In this document: positions 35,786 through 43,012 of the stretch, in pieces
Layout of the letters: every line of letters starts with the position of its first letter
Position numbering within the stretch: position 1 is the stretch's first letter
DNA from: a virus
Lineage: Duplodnaviria > Caudoviricetes
Reading direction: 5' to 3' (one strand)
DNA: 43,012 nucleotides
IMG/VR virus record: IMGVR_UViG_3300031260_000088
Location: 1 to 43,012 of that record
Notes under the pieces: model-generated
The model's database searches: none
Told to the model about the DNA's origin: nothing
Seen by the model: only the letters and a program-made list of their open reading frames with translations
Program-made: the position numbers and the translations under genes

Positions 35786-36228
35786 GACAAACGATTTTCG
35801 CCCTGGTCCTGATCTTGTTTCCGTGTGCCGTCCTGGCCGAGGGATATGCCGCCAATCCGGTAGGCGACGCTGTCGCCGGGTTTCTGCACACGGTGGTCTT
35901 CCCGGTGTTGTCGGCCCTGCTGCTGGGTTTGGTGGGGGTGGTGCTCAACAAGGTTCGCCAGGAATACAACCTGAACATCTCCGAGGCTCAGCAGCGGTGG
36001 TTGGAGGGCCTGGCCCGGCAGGGCATCGCCCTGGCAGAGGAGTATGCCGCCGTCATGGTCAAGGAACGGATGACCAAGATCACCGGCAGGGAGAAGCTGG
36101 ACCGTGCCGTGGCGCATGTTCTCTCGGGCGCGCCGACTGTCTCTCCCGAGGTGGCCGAGCGCCTGGTGCATGCGACGCTGGGGCGCATTCGCGGCGCCGG
36201 CGCCACGGGAGATTCCGCGTTTAATTGA
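35782..36228 (+). CDS. Holin-like protein (LL-H-like)
   Basis: Two hydrophobic segments, then I..AEE...G.EKL..A. Confidence 0.55.
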   Translation: MRQTIFALVLILFPCAVLAEGYAANPVGDAVAGFLHTVVFPVLSALLLGLVGVVLNKVRQEYNLNISEAQQRWLEGLARQGIALAEEYAAVMVKERMTKITGREKLDRAVAHVLSGAPTVSPEVAERLVHATLGRIRGAGATGDSAFN

Positions 36229-36428
36229 TGGAGGCTCTTCTTCAGATCGTCGCCGCCCTGCTCCCCTTCTTTCTCGATTGGTGGCAGGGACGCAGGCGGC
36301 CGGAGGCGAAAGCGGATGAGCGGATCGAGGGCGCCCGTAGGGCCTTGGCAAAAAATGATGGCGGTGGCTTTGATGCTGCCGGCGCTGATCAGCATGACCG
36401 GGTGCGGCGGGCGCTTCGTGGTGGTTGA
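36228..36428 (+). CDS. i-spanin-like protein
   Basis: N-terminal hydrophobic segment; overlaps a lipoprotein ORF. Confidence 0.5.
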   Translation: MEALLQIVAALLPFFLDWWQGRRRPEAKADERIEGARRALAKNDGGGFDAAGADQHDRVRRALRGG

Positions 36429-36528
36429 CGGCGAAGAGGTTGTCACGGTGAAAAAGAGCACACTCGATCATCTGTATGTCGATAACGAGCTGTTGCTCCA
36501 GGCTCTTGAGGAGTGCCGGAAACAGTGA
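36355..36528 (+). CDS. o-spanin-like lipoprotein
   Basis: MMAVALMLPALISMTGC lipobox. Confidence 0.6.
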   Translation: MMAVALMLPALISMTGCGGRFVVVDGEEVVTVKKSTLDHLYVDNELLLQALEECRKQ

Positions 36529-36830
36529 TCGTCGATCCTCTGGAAATACCCCGCCAGGCCCTGGCCGATTTTGGCGTCGACGTCATCGCGACGCCGCTGT
36601 CCGGCGGCGAGCCCTTCCCGGTCCTCGCCTTGTTCTCGGCGGGGCCGGTGGCGAGGGCGCTGGGGCAGTCCCGGGGCGAGATCCAGGGGCCGGTGTTCCG
36701 GGTGGATCCGGATCGAAACGGCGATTTTGCCGAGGGGGATCTGTTGACGCATGGCGGCGACAACTATGCCATCGTCGAGATCGTCCCGGTCGCCGGAAAC
36801 CTCACCGTGATCAAGGTGGTGCCGAGATGA
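36525..36830 (+). CDS. Head-tail adaptor (gpFII-like)
   Basis: Size, beta-rich sequence and synteny. Confidence 0.55.
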   Translation: MIVDPLEIPRQALADFGVDVIATPLSGGEPFPVLALFSAGPVARALGQSRGEIQGPVFRVDPDRNGDFAEGDLLTHGGDNYAIVEIVPVAGNLTVIKVVPR

Positions 36831-37450
36831 GCAAGAACAAGCTGGCTTACAATCAGCTTTCCCATACCGGGCCCACCACGGCGCGCAGTGTTTCGTCAGC
36901 TGATTTCTACGTACAGGTAGACACCCGGGAAATGGAGAAGCTGTTATCCATCCTTCCGGAAAAGATGACCCTCGCCTCTCGGCGCGCGGCCGTTCGCACC
37001 CGCGATTGGCTCATGACTCAACTCCGTCGGGAGCTGGCGAGCTCGACGGCGATCCCACACAAAAACTTCAAGGGTCGTTTTAAGCGCGGGGCCTATAGCA
37101 ATGAAGGGTTCGCCACATTGTGGATCGGATTGAACCCGATGGATGCCACGAGGGCCGGAACACCACGCCAGAACAAAAAAGCGGCCGGTCCTAGGCCGAT
37201 TCCCGAAGCTGGGACCAAGGTCGGTAAGCATTTTTTTGATCGTGCTTTTGTCGCGGACATCTACAGCGGTGAAAGCGTTTGGCGGAGAAAGTCTTTCGGG
37301 GTGGGATCAAAAGCGTTTCCGGTGGTCAAGATGACCATCCCGGTCAGCGAGGAGATGGAAGAGATCCTGCCGGAATACCGGGAAGCCGCCGCGCGCATGT
37401 TCTCGCAGCGGTTGGAGCATGAAGTGAACTACCTGCTGGGGAGGTCGTGA
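36827..37450 (+). CDS. Lambda gpZ-like minor tail protein
   Basis: Basic; LWIGLNP, AF.A and F..RLEHE motifs. Confidence 0.7.
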   Translation: MSKNKLAYNQLSHTGPTTARSVSSADFYVQVDTREMEKLLSILPEKMTLASRRAAVRTRDWLMTQLRRELASSTAIPHKNFKGRFKRGAYSNEGFATLWIGLNPMDATRAGTPRQNKKAAGPRPIPEAGTKVGKHFFDRAFVADIYSGESVWRRKSFGVGSKAFPVVKMTIPVSEEMEEILPEYREAAARMFSQRLEHEVNYLLGRS

Positions 37451-37989
37451 TGTTCGACTTCGAGGCGCATCTCGCCAATATCGTGGAGTACCTGCGGGGG
37501 GAGTTCCCCTCGGTTCCGACGGTCGAGGAGTACCCGCGACTGCGGAAGAAGATTACCGTCCCGGCGGTCCTGGTCGAGGTGGCGGACCTCTCCCCCATCG
37601 ATGACCCCGGTACTGAGCAGCTGGCCTTTTCCGCCCGGATCGAAGCCCGGGTGGTTTTCGATGAGGCCCCGACCAGGCCTGGCGGAAAGCCCGATATGCA
37701 GTGCCTGTCCCTGGCGACGGCTGTGGCTCAGGCCTTGTTCCGGCAAGGTCGGTTCGGGGTACCTGGTGCCGGCCCGGCCAAGGACTTCAAGCTTGAGCCC
37801 GACCGGTTCAAGCCGGAGCTGGCGACGTACTGTGTGTGGCTGGTCGAGTGGTCGCACGATATCCGGCTGGGGGATTCGGTCTGGGATTCCGCCGGCATCC
37901 TGCCGACCAGTATCTATCTCGGCTACGCGCCGGAGATTGGCCCGCCGCATCTCGACGATTACGTTCACCTGGGGGATTTAGATGGCTGA
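37450..37989 (+). CDS. Tail completion/terminator protein
   Basis: PAVLVE, D.GTEQL, W.VEW motifs; synteny. Confidence 0.65.
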   Translation: MFDFEAHLANIVEYLRGEFPSVPTVEEYPRLRKKITVPAVLVEVADLSPIDDPGTEQLAFSARIEARVVFDEAPTRPGGKPDMQCLSLATAVAQALFRQGRFGVPGAGPAKDFKLEPDRFKPELATYCVWLVEWSHDIRLGDSVWDSAGILPTSIYLGYAPEIGPPHLDDYVHLGDLDG

Positions 37990-38473
37990 TGGTTTCGACC
38001 TCTCCGAGTTGTCCCGCCGTCTGGAAAACCTGCTGCGCATCGGTACAGTGGCGCAGGCCGACTACGGCGCCGCCCGGGTGCGGGTGAAAAGCGGCGATCT
38101 TTTGACCGGCTGGCTGCCCTGGCTGACCCACCGGGCGTCGAACGATGTGACCTGGCACGCGCCCGAGGTGGGGGAACAGGTACTGCTCTTGTGTCCCTCG
38201 GGAGACCCGGCCCTGGGCGTGGCGTTGCCCGCTGTGTATCAGGCGGCGCACCCCGCCAACGGGAATCGCGAGACGGTGGCCCGTATCGATTTCGCCGACG
38301 GCGGATTTTTCGAGTACGACCGGCAAAGCGGGGCCATGACCATCAATGTCGTGGGGGATGCCGTCGTTACCATCGGCGGCAATTCGGTCATCCGCACCGA
38401 GGGGCACGCGACGATTTCGGCGGGGGCCTGCATGACACTCAACTGCGACGTCCACGGCACGGTCGATTTTTAG
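37982..38473 (+). CDS. Baseplate spike gpV, N-terminal part
   Basis: RRLENLLRIGTV, WLPW, P.VGEQV, F.DG....YD. Confidence 0.9.
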   Translation: MADGFDLSELSRRLENLLRIGTVAQADYGAARVRVKSGDLLTGWLPWLTHRASNDVTWHAPEVGEQVLLLCPSGDPALGVALPAVYQAAHPANGNRETVARIDFADGGFFEYDRQSGAMTINVVGDAVVTIGGNSVIRTEGHATISAGACMTLNCDVHGTVDF

Positions 38474-38482
38474 GAGCAGCGG

Positions 38483-38728
38483 ATGAAGATCGTCGTCAAG
38501 GGGTTCGATATGCACGTGTCGCTGGGCGAGGACGGTTTCGTCACCATCGTCAGCGACGGCACGATGACCGTCACTGCTCAGGGAAACATCGCGATTTCTA
38601 CCGCCGGGACACTCTCTGTCGCCGCCGCCGGGGTCGAGATCGACGCGAACCTCACGGTCACCGGCAACATTACGGCGTCCGGGTCGATTGTCGACGCGGG
38701 CGGCAACACGAACCACCACAGCCATTAA
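38483..38728 (+). CDS. Spike C-terminal beta-helix/apex segment
   Basis: Beta-repeats and terminal HxH (NHHSH); same frame as gpV after a TAG. Confidence 0.75.
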   Translation: MKIVVKGFDMHVSLGEDGFVTIVSDGTMTVTAQGNIAISTAGTLSVAAAGVEIDANLTVTGNITASGSIVDAGGNTNHHSH

Positions 38729-38740
38729 GAGGGGGAGGCC

Positions 38741-38923
38741 ATGCCCAGATATACCGTTATCAAGCCCTTTATCTTGCCAGGCGGCGCCGTCGCCGCCCCC
38801 GGGCGCGGCGTGGAACTCTCCGCGCGTCAAGCCAAATATCTGCTGCTTTCCGGGAAAATCACCCCGGGGGGCGGCGACAAACAGAAGGGCAAAAAGCCCG
38901 CCCCTGACCAAAAGGAGAACTAG
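38741..38923 (+). CDS. Small hypothetical tail protein
   Basis: Y.V..PF...G..VELS..QAKYL; GGAGG RBS. Confidence 0.7.
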   Translation: MPRYTVIKPFILPGGAVAAPGRGVELSARQAKYLLLSGKITPGGGDKQKGKKPAPDQKEN

Positions 38924-38926
38924 CCC

Positions 38927-40132
38927 ATGTCTGAGACCTTTTTGCATGGCGTCGAGGTCGTCCAGATCGATGACGGCCCGCGTCCCATTCAGACCGTCCG
39001 TTCGAGCGTCATCGGCCTGGTCGGCACAGCCCCCAATGCCGACGCCACCGCCTTTCCCCTGAACACGCCGGTGCTGATCGCCGGAAACCGCGTCGAGGCG
39101 GCCAAGCTCGATACCCTTGGAAGCGGCGAAGGCACTCTGCCGGATGCCATCGATGCCATCTTTGACCAGACCGGTGCCGTGGTGGTGGTCATCCGCGTCG
39201 AAGAAGGTGTCGATGCCGCCGCCACCCTCGCCAACATTATCGGTGGGGTGGATGCCGCAACCGGCGCTTACGAAGGTGTTCATGCCTTCCTCGCCGCCGA
39301 GTCCGTGATCGGCTTCGCGCCGCGCATCCTCTGTGTCCCCGGCTTCACCTCGGAGCGTCCGGAAGATCCCGTGACGCCCGGAACGTATCTGGCCAACCCC
39401 GTGGTTTCGGAATTGCTCGGCATCGCCGACCGGCTGCGGGCGGTAATCATCGCCGACGGGCCGGACTCCAATGACGCCGACGCCATCGCCTGGGCCGGGG
39501 ATTTCGGCAGCAAGCGCGTCTATGTGGTCGATCCGGGCGTGAAGGTGCTGGACGGAACGGCCATCGTCAGTCAGCCCGCCTCGGCCCGGGTGGCCGGCAT
39601 TATCGCCAAGAGCGACGCCGAGCGCGGCTTCTGGTGGAGCCCGTCGAACCGCGAGGTCTACGGCATCCTGGGCACCACCCGCCCGGTCGACTTCGCCCTC
39701 GGGGACGCCAACTGCCGGGCCAACCTGCTCAACGAGCAGAACGTCGCCACCATTATCCGCCAGGACGGCTATCGCCTCTGGGGCAACCGGACCCTGTCCA
39801 GCGACCCGGTGTGGGCCTTCCTGTCGGTGGTGCGCACCGCCGACATGATCAACGAAAGCCTGCTGCGCGCCCACCTGTGGGCGGTGGACCGGAACATCAC
39901 CAAGACCTATTTCGAGGACGTTGTCGCCGGCGTCAACGCCTACCTGTCGCACCTTAAGCAGATCGGCGCCATCCTGGGCGGCAAGTGCTGGGCCGATCCG
40001 GACCTGAATACCCCCGAGCAGCTCGCCGCCGGCAAGGTCTATTTCGATTTCGACTTCACCCCGCCGACCCCGGCGGAACATGTCACCTTCCGCAGCCGGC
40101 TGGTGAACGATTACTTCGAGGAGGTGATCTAA
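38927..40132 (+). CDS. Tail sheath protein (P2 FI)
   Basis: FLHGVEV, PRIL..PG, WWSPSN, GYRLWGNRT. Confidence 0.96.
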   Translation: MSETFLHGVEVVQIDDGPRPIQTVRSSVIGLVGTAPNADATAFPLNTPVLIAGNRVEAAKLDTLGSGEGTLPDAIDAIFDQTGAVVVVIRVEEGVDAAATLANIIGGVDAATGAYEGVHAFLAAESVIGFAPRILCVPGFTSERPEDPVTPGTYLANPVVSELLGIADRLRAVIIADGPDSNDADAIAWAGDFGSKRVYVVDPGVKVLDGTAIVSQPASARVAGIIAKSDAERGFWWSPSNREVYGILGTTRPVDFALGDANCRANLLNEQNVATIIRQDGYRLWGNRTLSSDPVWAFLSVVRTADMINESLLRAHLWAVDRNITKTYFEDVVAGVNAYLSHLKQIGAILGGKCWADPDLNTPEQLAAGKVYFDFDFTPPTPAEHVTFRSRLVNDYFEEVI

Positions 40133-40639
40133 ATGGCTCTCGACCACATTCTGAAAAACATGAACCTCTTCGTCGATGGTCGCGGCTATGCCGGGAACAT
40201 CGAGGAGTTCACCCCGCCGAAGCTCACCCTGAAGACCGAAGAGTTCCGCAACGGAGGCATGGACGCCGGCGTAGAGGTCGACATGGGGATGGAGAAGCTG
40301 GAATGCGGATTCACCCTGACCAAGTACGACAAGGAAGTGCTCAAGCTCTTCGGCATGGTCGCCGGTGGGACGGTGCTGCTCACGGCGCGCGGCTCGGTGG
40401 AGAGCGAGGACGGCACCAAGCTGCCGGTGGTGATCGCCATGCGCGGCATCATCAAGGAGATCGACGGCGGCACCTGGAAGCCCGGCGACAAGGCCACCAT
40501 CAAGGCCACCGTGGCCCTGCGCTACTACAAGCACGACCTGGACGGCGAAACCCTGCACGAGATCGACGTGCCGAACATGATCCGGATCATCGCCGGCGTT
40601 GATCAGCTGGCCCAGACCCGGGCGAATATCGGGATGTGA
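40133..40639 (+). CDS. Tail tube protein (P2 FII)
   Basis: LKNMNLFVDG, PKLT.K.EE.R.GGMD. Confidence 0.95.
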   Translation: MALDHILKNMNLFVDGRGYAGNIEEFTPPKLTLKTEEFRNGGMDAGVEVDMGMEKLECGFTLTKYDKEVLKLFGMVAGGTVLLTARGSVESEDGTKLPVVIAMRGIIKEIDGGTWKPGDKATIKATVALRYYKHDLDGETLHEIDVPNMIRIIAGVDQLAQTRANIGM

Positions 40640-40647
40640 GGTGAGAG

Positions 40648-40887
40648 ATGAAGAAAATTGAATTGCAGACCCCCGTTCAGGTGAACGGGGTTGAAGTCAG
40701 GACGTTGACCATGCGGGAGATGAAGGCCCGCGACAGGTTGGTGGTCGATAAGGTTAGAGGGGGGGAGTTCGAAAAGGAGTTGATCCTGATCGCCAACCTG
40801 TGCGAGGTCGACCGCGCCGTTATTGAAGAATTGGAGATGGTCGACTATCTCGAACTTCAGAGGGCTTACAGCGATTTTTTGTCATAA
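40648..40887 (+). CDS. Tail assembly chaperone gpE
   Basis: LTMRE....D, E..LIANLC, L...DY..LQ; ends in a TTTTTTG slippery site. Confidence 0.85.
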   Translation: MKKIELQTPVQVNGVEVRTLTMREMKARDRLVVDKVRGGEFEKELILIANLCEVDRAVIEELEMVDYLELQRAYSDFLS

Positions 40888-41027
40888 GCGCGGAAGACTG
40901 CCGACGGCTGATTCTGGTTATGGCAGACGTGACGGGGTGGTCCCTTGCCGAGTTCCTCGATATGGATCTCGACGACCTGGTGACGTGGTACGAATCCGCG
41001 AAAACAGTTCACAGAAGAAGCTCGTAA
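40875..41027 (+). CDS. gpE' -1 frameshift extension
   Basis: -1 frame encodes ...MADVTGWSLAEFLDMDLDDLVTWYESA, P2 E'-like. Confidence 0.8.
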   Translation, partial: FFVISAEDCRRLILVMADVTGWSLAEFLDMDLDDLVTWYESAKTVHRRSS

Positions 41028-41202
41028 CGGCTCGGCTCGGGGTCCAGAGCAGCCAACCGAAAATCAGGCCGATCGCCACGCCCTGACCGAAAGAGAACCC
41101 TTGGTCGAACAGCCCGAGGAACCATGCGCATGTCAGGGTGAGGGCGACGGTCGTCGCGATCGTCAGAATGGACTGAGCTTGAACAAGAGGGTGTTTCGGC
41201 AT
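40918..41202 (-). CDS. Antisense two-TM membrane protein (possible moron)
   Basis: Two hydrophobic helices; fills the gap between gpE' and the tape measure gene. Confidence 0.45.
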   Translation of the reverse strand: MPKHPLVQAQSILTIATTVALTLTCAWFLGLFDQGFSFGQGVAIGLIFGWLLWTPSRAVTSFFCELFSRIRTTSPGRRDPYRGTRQGTTPSRLP

Positions 41203-43012
41203 GGATAAAAATCTCGCTATTGGGTTTGCGATTGGCGGAACGATCACCGCGACGTTCCGCCAAGCCATGAACACCAGTATAGCAAAGATCGATTCTCTTG
41301 GGAAAGAGATCGCCGGCCTCAACGCCCAAGGGAAGAACCTGTCTTTGTTCAAGACCATGAAGCGGGAGCTTCCCCAGGCAGAACAAGCATGGAAGGAAGC
41401 GACCAGTCGGGTCGCGGCCCTTTCTCGGGAGATGGCGAAGTCTGAAAAACCATCCAAGGCCCTGGTCAGAGATTTTGAGCAAGCCAAAAACGCGGCTGTA
41501 AAAGCCAAAGCGGCCTACGAAAGAAAGCGAGAAGCATTGCATAAGGTCCGGTCCGAGTTGGATCGGACCGGAATTTCGACCAAGGATTTGGTCTCTGGTC
41601 AGACCAAGCTGCAATCGGCGCTTAAGAAAACCCAGGCGCAATACGCGGCGCTCAGCAGAAATCAGCAGGCCTTGACGGCTAATAGTGCTCGGCGGGGTGA
41701 ACTCCGAGGGCAGATGGTCGATGCCGTCGCCCTGGCGGCGTCGCTTGGGGCACCGATAAAAGCCGCCATCGGATTTGAGTCGGCCATGGCCGACGTGCGC
41801 AAGGTCGTTAATTTCCCCGAACCTGACGGCCTGAAAAAATTCGGTTCCCAACTCAAGGCCATGAGCCGGGAAATTCCCATCTCAGCCGAAGGATTGGCAC
41901 AGATCGCCGCAGCAGGTGGGCAGTTGGGAATCGCGGCGGGCGACCTTGGTGCATTTACAGACACCGTCGCCAAAATGTCCACGGCTTTCGATATGGCTCC
42001 CGATGAGGCCGGGGACGCCATGGCCAAGCTTTCCAATATCTTTCAGATCCCCATCGGCGAAATGGCCGGCCTCGGGGACGCCATCAACCACCTCTCCGAC
42101 AACACCGCCGCCAAGGCGCGCGATATTGTCCCTGTCCTCGCCCGGGTCGGCGGAACGGCAAAGCAGTTTGGTTTATCCGCTGTCCAGGTGGCGGCCCTCG
42201 GGGATGCCTTCATTGCCCTGGGCAAGCCGCCGGAAGTTGCCGCGACGGCCATCAACGCCATGTTGCTCAAGCTTCAGACGGCGACAAGGCAGGGAAAGCC
42301 GTTCCAGTTGGGATTGGACGCAATGGGCGTCTCGGCGAGAGAGCTTGAGAACTCTATCGCCAAAGACGGACAAGCGGCGCTGATCGGGTTTCTTGAGCAG
42401 TTGTCGGCCATCGACGGCCAGGAGCGGGCCGGGATTCTTTCCGACCTCTTCGGTCTTGAATACGCTGACGATATTTCTTTGCTGGCCGGGTCGCTGGATC
42501 AGTATCGCAAAGCGCTTGGGTTGGTGGGTGACAAGACTAAATATGCCGGATCGATGCAGCGCGAGTTCGAAAACCGGAGGGAAACGACTGAAAACGGGCT
42601 CAATCTGCTGAAAAACAGCGTGACTGAGTTGGGCATCAATATCGGGTCGGTCCTGTTGCCAGCGGTCAATACAATCGCGAAGGTCTTCACCTCGGGAAGC
42701 GTCGTTTTGGCGGACATGTCCGAAAGATTCCCGCGCTTGACTGCGGTCTTGACTGGCGTGGCGGCGGGGCTTGTCGCGACCAAGGTCGCTGCAATCGGCC
42801 TGGGCTACGCATGGACCTTTGTGAAGGGTGGCGCGTTGGTTCTTAATGGCATGCTGGCTCGCATGGGGATCATCCTTTCGTGGACCACGATCAAGACCGC
42901 TCTGTTGGCCACCGCGCAGAAAGCCTGGGCGATCGGGTCGGCGGTGGTAACGGCGGCGACGGCGGCGATTTCAACAGGGTTCCGGGCGATGGGGGTTGCG
43001 GTGATGAGTAAC
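41201..43012 (+). CDS. Tape measure protein (TP901 family), N-terminal part; 781 aa in total across the junction
   Basis: GAGGG RBS; AIGFESAMADVRKVV and GDAINHLSDN motifs; continues to 675. Confidence 0.92.
   Translation, partial: MDKNLAIGFAIGGTITATFRQAMNTSIAKIDSLGKEIAGLNAQGKNLSLFKTMKRELPQAEQAWKEATSRVAALSREMAKSEKPSKALVRDFEQAKNAAVKAKAAYERKREALHKVRSELDRTGISTKDLVSGQTKLQSALKKTQAQYAALSRNQQALTANSARRGELRGQMVDAVALAASLGAPIKAAIGFESAMADVRKVVNFPEPDGLKKFGSQLKAMSREIPISAEGLAQIAAAGGQLGIAAGDLGAFTDTVAKMSTAFDMAPDEAGDAMAKLSNIFQIPIGEMAGLGDAINHLSDNTAAKARDIVPVLARVGGTAKQFGLSAVQVAALGDAFIALGKPPEVAATAINAMLLKLQTATRQGKPFQLGLDAMGVSARELENSIAKDGQAALIGFLEQLSAIDGQERAGILSDLFGLEYADDISLLAGSLDQYRKALGLVGDKTKYAGSMQREFENRRETTENGLNLLKNSVTELGINIGSVLLPAVNTIAKVFTSGSVVLADMSERFPRLTAVLTGVAAGLVATKVAAIGLGYAWTFVKGGALVLNGMLARMGIILSWTTIKTALLATAQKAWAIGSAVVTAATAAISTGFRAMGVAVMSN
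42872..43012 (+). repeat. 141-bp direct terminal repeat identical to 1-141 (circular assembly overlap)
   Basis: ATCCTTTCGTGG...GATGAGTAAC occurs at both ends, inside the tape measure gene. Confidence 0.97.

Larger units (their letters stand above)
1..43012. mobile_element. Complete temperate phage genome (lambda-like head, P2-like contractile tail), circular with intact attP
   Basis: Head, tail, lysis, integration, immunity and replication genes are all present; the ends overlap; attP is intact beside the integrase; no host genes. Confidence 0.95.

Noticed and set aside
37808-40558. 916-aa minus-strand ORF
   Set aside because: Shadow of the spike, sheath and tube genes
42872-43012. Biological terminal repeat
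   Set aside because: It is exact, lies mid-gene and has a length typical of an assembler k-mer overlap
1-43012. Second DGR target elsewhere in the genome
   Set aside because: No other TR-like sequence or YWSS...VRAVR protein end was seen by eye; a BLASTN of TR against the genome would settle it

Overview
The window is a complete, circularly permuted temperate phage genome of 42,871 bp; bases 42872-43012 repeat bases 1-141 as an assembly overlap. It combines a lambda-like head and packaging module (Nu1/gpA-type terminase, portal, S49 protease, gpD, gpE) with a P2-like contractile tail. It also carries a tyrosine integrase with an attP matching the 3' half of tRNA-Leu(CAG), a CI/Cro/CII switch, a split P4-type primase and SF3 helicase, and a lysis cassette. 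Four elements stand out. (1) A complete diversity-generating retroelement (VR-avd-TR-RT) targets the tail-fibre tip. (2) Three integron-type attC gene cassettes, with no IntI, sit between the terminase and portal genes, with genes inverted relative to the usual cassette orientation. (3) A P1/P4-type C4 antisense RNA precedes an operon encoding a degenerate RadC/JAB protein, a 51-aa mimic of the repressor C-terminus, and a Rha protein fused to a paralog of the helicase's winged-helix domain. (4) A three-gene toxin-antitoxin locus lies next to that operon. All calls come from manual motif reading; no database searches were run.
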